Positions 60,138 to 64,000 of a stretch of DNA of 64,000 nt are shown one piece after another (within the stretch, counting starts at the first letter, position 1; each line of letters starts with the position of its first letter). Position numbers and translations under genes: made by a program. The notes under the pieces are model-generated. The model saw nothing but the letters and a program-made list of their open reading frames with translations. It was not told where the DNA came from and made no database searches. Origin of the DNA: Dehalococcoidia bacterium (GTDB taxonomy: Bacteria; Chloroflexota; Dehalococcoidia; UBA2979); the NCBI GenBank assembly GCA_965249675.1, contig OZ252250.1, positions 2,461,372-2,525,371 of the forward strand, in the 5' to 3' direction.

Positions 60138-61382
60138 CTACCAGGCTGCCTCCAGCAGCGAGATGGCCCGCGGAATGTGTCGCTCCGCGTCGCGAAGCCC
60201 GGCGTTTGAGTTGAACACCTTGAGACTGTCCCCGGCGATCGCCGGGAGGTCCTCCTTGGGGATCTTCAACTCCCGCAGGGTGGTCGGCATCCCCTCCGCT
60301 CGATAGATCCGCTCCACTTCGTCGGCGATCGCCATGTGAGTCTCCTCAAGACTCCGGTCGCCTCTCCAGATGCTGAGCTGCCGCGCGATCGCCTCCACCG
60401 CCTCGGGAGCAGGGGTCTTCGACTGCCGGATCACCGTGGCGCGCAGAGCTGACCCGGAGTCCTGTTGCCACACATGCGCGTACTTGATGTGCAGTGCGGT
60501 GTTGAGGCCGTAGTCGCTTTCGAACGCCTCGCCACCACCCATGTGGGCACCGCGCTGCGAATCGTCGGCGGCACGATTGGCGAGGAGCGCCCCGACGAAG
60601 AGGTCCAGGCGCCAGTCGATCGCATCCGGATCTTCGCGCATCCGGTGGTAGGCACGGTTCGCGAGTTTCCGGATGTGGTCGCGGTCGCCCTCGGCCAGCG
60701 AGTTCTCACTCCGGCGGCCAGCAGTGAGCGCTGCGCCGACAAACGAGTTGACGGCGAATCCGTGCATCATGCTGAACGGCGTCGCCATGATCGCTTCATG
60801 GTCCCAGATCAGCGCCCGCGGACGAGTCTTCGGGTCGAAGTACTCAAGCCGATTCTGGTCGAGGTGCGGGCTCGCAACGCCCTGACCGGCACGATTCATC
60901 GCTCCCGTCGGGGTCGTTGTGATGTTGATGGTCGGCAGCTTTGGCGCACTGAGCCGGGGGCTCACGGCCGGCTTCCCCTCCGGGTACTGGGTGGCCATCT
61001 CCTCATGATCGCCCGCCTCGCAGAGGTAGATGTTGATCACGCGCGTCGCCACGACCACTGTGCCCGCGCCCAGCGAGATCAAGAGGTCCGCTCCGGCCTC
61101 GCGCGCAGCGTTCGTGGCGGCCACGACATCGGGGTAGGGTGCTTCAATGCGGATGCCGTCAAAGTAGCCGGCAAACAGCGAGCCGAGCGCCGCCTGCACG
61201 CGTTCGACGCTGTTCGTCTTGCTCTTGATGGAGGGTGAGCAGATCACGAACGCGCGCTTAGCGCCGGCGCGGATCACTTCCTCACGCAGCCGGTCCTCGA
61301 TCGCTTCCGGTCCGACGTGCAAGCGCCAGTCGTAGCTGCGAGCCGTGAATGCGTACGGGTCCGAGAAGTCAGGGTGTCGCAC
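60138..61382 (-). CDS. iron-containing alcohol dehydrogenase-family protein (maleylacetate-reductase-like)
   Basis: Fe-ADH fold segments (ADLLISLGAGTVVVATRVI, conserved His-rich metal-site region HMGGGEA...H); family assignment from overall pattern only. Confidence 0.5.
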   Translation of the reverse strand: MRHPDFSDPYAFTARSYDWRLHVGPEAIEDRLREEVIRAGAKRAFVICSPSIKSKTNSVERVQAALGSLFAGYFDGIRIEAPYPDVVAATNAAREAGADLLISLGAGTVVVATRVINIYLCEAGDHEEMATQYPEGKPAVSPRLSAPKLPTINITTTPTGAMNRAGQGVASPHLDQNRLEYFDPKTRPRALIWDHEAIMATPFSMMHGFAVNSFVGAALTAGRRSENSLAEGDRDHIRKLANRAYHRMREDPDAIDWRLDLFVGALLANRAADDSQRGAHMGGGEAFESDYGLNTALHIKYAHVWQQDSGSALRATVIRQSKTPAPEAVEAIARQLSIWRGDRSLEETHMAIADEVERIYRAEGMPTTLRELKIPKEDLPAIAGDSLKVFNSNAGLRDAERHIPRAISLLEAAW

Positions 61383-61768
61383 ATCGCACCTCCTTGAGGT
61401 CGACCGGTCTGACGCGGCGATGTCAGTCGGTGGACCACACGTCCCGGCGCGGCGACCAGTGAGCCGGCTCGCGCTCGATGATATGCCATGGGAGCCGGCT
61501 GGGTAGCGGTCAGGCTTCAGGCGCGGGCAACCGGCGCACGCCGCTGACCGTCCGACGTTCAGGTCACTCCGGGGCGGCTCTCACCTCGTCGTCTGCGGGA
61601 TCTGGCCGCGGTGCGAAGCTCCTCCTCCGCGGCCCCGGGGGAGTCTCTCAGAGGCCGCCCACCGGCTACCCTGTCGTCGACGGGCCGGGTGCGCCACGCG
61701 TTCGATCCGTTTCCGGCAGCTGCTCATGTTCGTGCGAGGAGGGGGCCGTGCCGCAGTCCGTGTTGGTC

Positions 61769-63200
61769 ATGGGAGCGAGCGGGTATGTAGGTTCCATCTG
61801 GTCCCGTTCCTGATCGCTCGCGGCTACCACGTCCGCGCGGCGTCCCGACGGAGTGACACGCTCGAGGCTCGTGGGTGGCACGGCGTCGAGCTCGTCGAGA
61901 CAGATGCGCTCGACCCGGTGTCCCTGGAGCCCGCGCTCAGGGGCATCGAGACCGCCTACTACCTACCTGGTTCACTCCATGGCGGCTGTGCGCGACTTCG
62001 CCGCGCTCGATCGAGAGGCGGCGGATCACTTCCGGCTCGCAGCACAACGGGCGGGAGTGCGCCGCATCATCTACCTCGGTGGTCTACAGCCGAGCGAGGC
62101 CTCCTCAGCCCACCTGCGCTCGCGGCGTGAAACCGGGGATCGCCTGCGAGCGGGCCCGGTGCCCGTGACCAAGCTGCGGGTGGGCATCATCGTCGGGGCG
62201 GGCTCGGCCGCGTTCGAGGTGATCCGAGACCTCGTCTATCACCTGCCCGTGATGGTGACCCCTCGCTGGGTCCGGTCGCGAAGCCAGCCGATCGCCCTGG
62301 ACGACCTGCTCGAGATCCTCGTGCGCCTGCCCAACCACGAGGAGAAGACCGATCGAATCTACGATGTCGTTGGTCCTGAGACGCTGACGTACGAGGAGCT
62401 GCTCCGTCAGTTCGCCGAGGTGGTCGGGCGGCGGCTCTGGAAAAAGCCGGTGCGGGTGCTCAGCCCCCGGCTGTCGTCGTGGTGGCTGGACCTCGTCACA
62501 TCGGTGCCGGCGAGCGTGGCGAGGCCCCTGATCGACGGGTTGAAACACGACCTCGTCTCCACGCATCCGACCGAGCTGTGCGAACTGCTCCCCCGACGGC
62601 TCAGGACCTATGCGCAGGCCGCTCGTACGGCCGTCGAAGCTGAGACGACCGCAGCGATTCCCGCCCGCTGGACAGAGGGGGCGTTCCGTTTCCGACAGGA
62701 GCGACATGACATCTCGTATTACAGCAAGTCGGTCGGCTACCGGGCCGACAGCACGGCGCCGCCAGAGACGGCATGGGCCCAGGTCATCGCGATCGGCGGG
62801 GACCGCGGGTGGGTATTACGCGAACCCACTGTGGCGGCTACGCGGCCTGCTCGACCGTCTGGTGGGCGGCGTCGGGATGCGCCGCGGGCGACGTCATCCG
62901 AGTGAGTTACGCCCGATGGACCCGCTCGACTTCTGGCGGGTCGCCAGCATCGATGGAGGTGAGCGGCTGACCCTGATCGCCGAGATGAAGTTGCCCGGAT
63001 CGGCCGTCCTGGAGATCTCGATTGCGCCTCGGGAGGGCGGTTCAGCGGTCACTCTCCAGGCGCACTTCCACCCCGCGGGTGTGCTCGGACTGCTCTACTG
63101 GTATGCCCTCTGGCCGATCCATCGTCGCATCTTCGAACACCTCCCGCGCGCTATTGCCCGTCGTGCAGAGGAGTCTGTCGCCAACGCTCCGACCGGATGA
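61769..63200 (+). pseudogene. NAD(P)H-binding SDR-like protein with C-terminal DUF2867, three frameshifts
   Basis: MGASGYVGS | HLVPFLIARGYHVRAASRR...AYYL | VHSMAAVRDF... | GWYYANPLWRLRGLLDRLVGG...DFWRV reads across four frames. Breaks: 1-nt deletion ~61795, 4-bp tandem duplication ACCTACCT 61961-61968, 1-nt insertion ~62810. Confidence 0.75.
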
Positions 63201-63491
63201 CCACCACCGCGAGCCGCCGACCAGGAGCCGGCCTCCGGAGTGATCGCCTCTGACTGACGGCACGAACTCGCCCAAGCCGAGCGCCGTTGGGTCGGTGCTC
63301 CATCCCCAGCTGCGTCGGCCACACAGGCTCAGCGGAACGTGGGGGTCGAGGCGTCGGTCCGGTCGGTACCGCGGAACCCCTCCTAGAACCGTCTCGTCTC
63401 CATGTTGCAGTTGCCTTCGCCGGAGCGCTCGGCAATGATGCGAGCGTCTCGCAACTGTCGACATCAGCGACGCGAGAGTAGGGGCTCAAGC

Positions 63492-63980
63492 ATGCTGACG
63501 GACAAAACGGACCAACTCGGAGCCCTGGTGGGCGGCGTCGCCGTCATTGCGTTCGTGGCCGTCCTCTCGCTTGCTGCCGCTTGCGGTTCGGACGAGAGCA
63601 CGGAGCCGGCGGCAACTGCTGCATCGACGCCGGCACCGACCGCCACGCCGGCACCGACCGCCACGCCGACACCGACCGCCACGCCGACACCGACCGCCAC
63701 GCCGACACCGACCGCCACGCCGACACCGACCTCAACACCGACACCGACCTCAACACCGACACCGACCTCCACGCCGACACTGACCTCCACACCCGTGGGC
63801 TCGGTCAGCGACCTCGTCGTAAGCGAGAGCACCACGGTCCGGAACCTCACGTCCTACTTCTCCGACCCCGAGGTTGCCTGCATACGCGACGCGATCGGCG
63901 CGGCCATCTTCGACGTGATCCTCGACGCTCCTCTCCTGACGCTCCCGGGGGCCGTCGGCGACTTCCCCTTCCAGTGCCTC
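63492..63980 (+). CDS. secreted lipoprotein with (TPTPTA)n linker, 3' end beyond window
   Basis: ATG 63492; signal peptide + lipobox LSLAAAC. The ORF is open to the window end, and is absent from the ORF track because it has no stop. Confidence 0.65.
63627..63790 (+). repeat. 18-bp tandem repeat (ACGCCGACACCGACCGCC-like, ~9 units) encoding the Thr-Pro linker
   Basis: Direct tandem units visible in the sequence; no spacers, so not a CRISPR array. Confidence 0.85.
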
Positions 63981-64000
63981 GGGATGGAGAGCGCCATCGG

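Noticed and set aside
63627-63790. Possible CRISPR array
   Set aside because: Units are contiguous 18-bp repeats with no spacers and lie in an open reading frame; this is a coding tandem repeat.
63464-63850. 128-aa ORF with (VGVEVG)n repeats
   Set aside because: Reverse complement of the Thr-Pro repeat of the plus-strand lipoprotein gene; frame artefact of the tandem repeat.

Overview
This 64-kb window comes from a high-GC (~68-70%) bacterial chromosome. Conserved housekeeping genes are interrupted by an unusually dense load of mobile DNA. No CRISPR array, tRNA or rRNA gene was recognised.

Cellular genes recognised from protein motifs:
- A minus-strand ABC exporter operon: FtsX-type double permease (1129 aa), two ATPase genes and a small hypothetical ORF.
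- A plus-strand block: polA, mutM, an alpha/beta hydrolase, a DmpA/S58 peptidase, panB, panC, a YebC-family regulator, ruvC, ruvA and uvrB.
- A roughly 10-kb co-directional minus-strand cluster: yceD-rpmF-fabD-fabG-nusB-acpP-tatA-tatC-udg(family 4)-rnj-ftsK.
- modABC; a STAS / REC-PP2C / anti-sigma-kinase partner-switching module; a PBP1-type solute-binding protein plus a large sensor histidine kinase; an MMPL transporter; a DUF1761 protein; an ABC-2 exporter; a CoA-transferase and enoyl-CoA hydratase pair; a PLP-dependent histidine decarboxylase with a tandem-ACT protein; an Fe-ADH-family protein; a frameshifted NAD(P)H-binding/DUF2867 gene; and a Thr-Pro-repeat lipoprotein running off the 3' window edge.

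Mobile DNA:
- Four copies of one IS5-family IS (about 1.19 kb, ends GGACGCTCTGAAC..., flanked by CTAG-type target duplications). Two are in tandem at 18.4-20.8 kb, one of them a diverged, internally deleted copy. One splits the solute-binding gene at 45.4 kb. One sits at the stop codon of the ACT gene at 58.9 kb.
- Two copies of an IS3-family IS (orfA/orfB with a G GGA AAA -1 frameshift heptamer). Copy B has inserted into the 3' end of the REC-PP2C phosphatase gene. Copy A carries a nested IS21-family element (istA plus frameshifted istB) inserted in its transframe window.
- IS3 copy A itself sits inside the reading frame of a group II intron reverse transcriptase/maturase. The intron's 5' RNA segment (GUGCG...) directly abuts the IS5 tandem.
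- A second group II-type RT/maturase gene follows at 27.2-28.7 kb.

Several mobile-element genes and one cellular gene carry frameshifts, two of them exact 4-bp tandem duplications. All calls rest on reading the translated ORFs and the DNA; no database search was possible.
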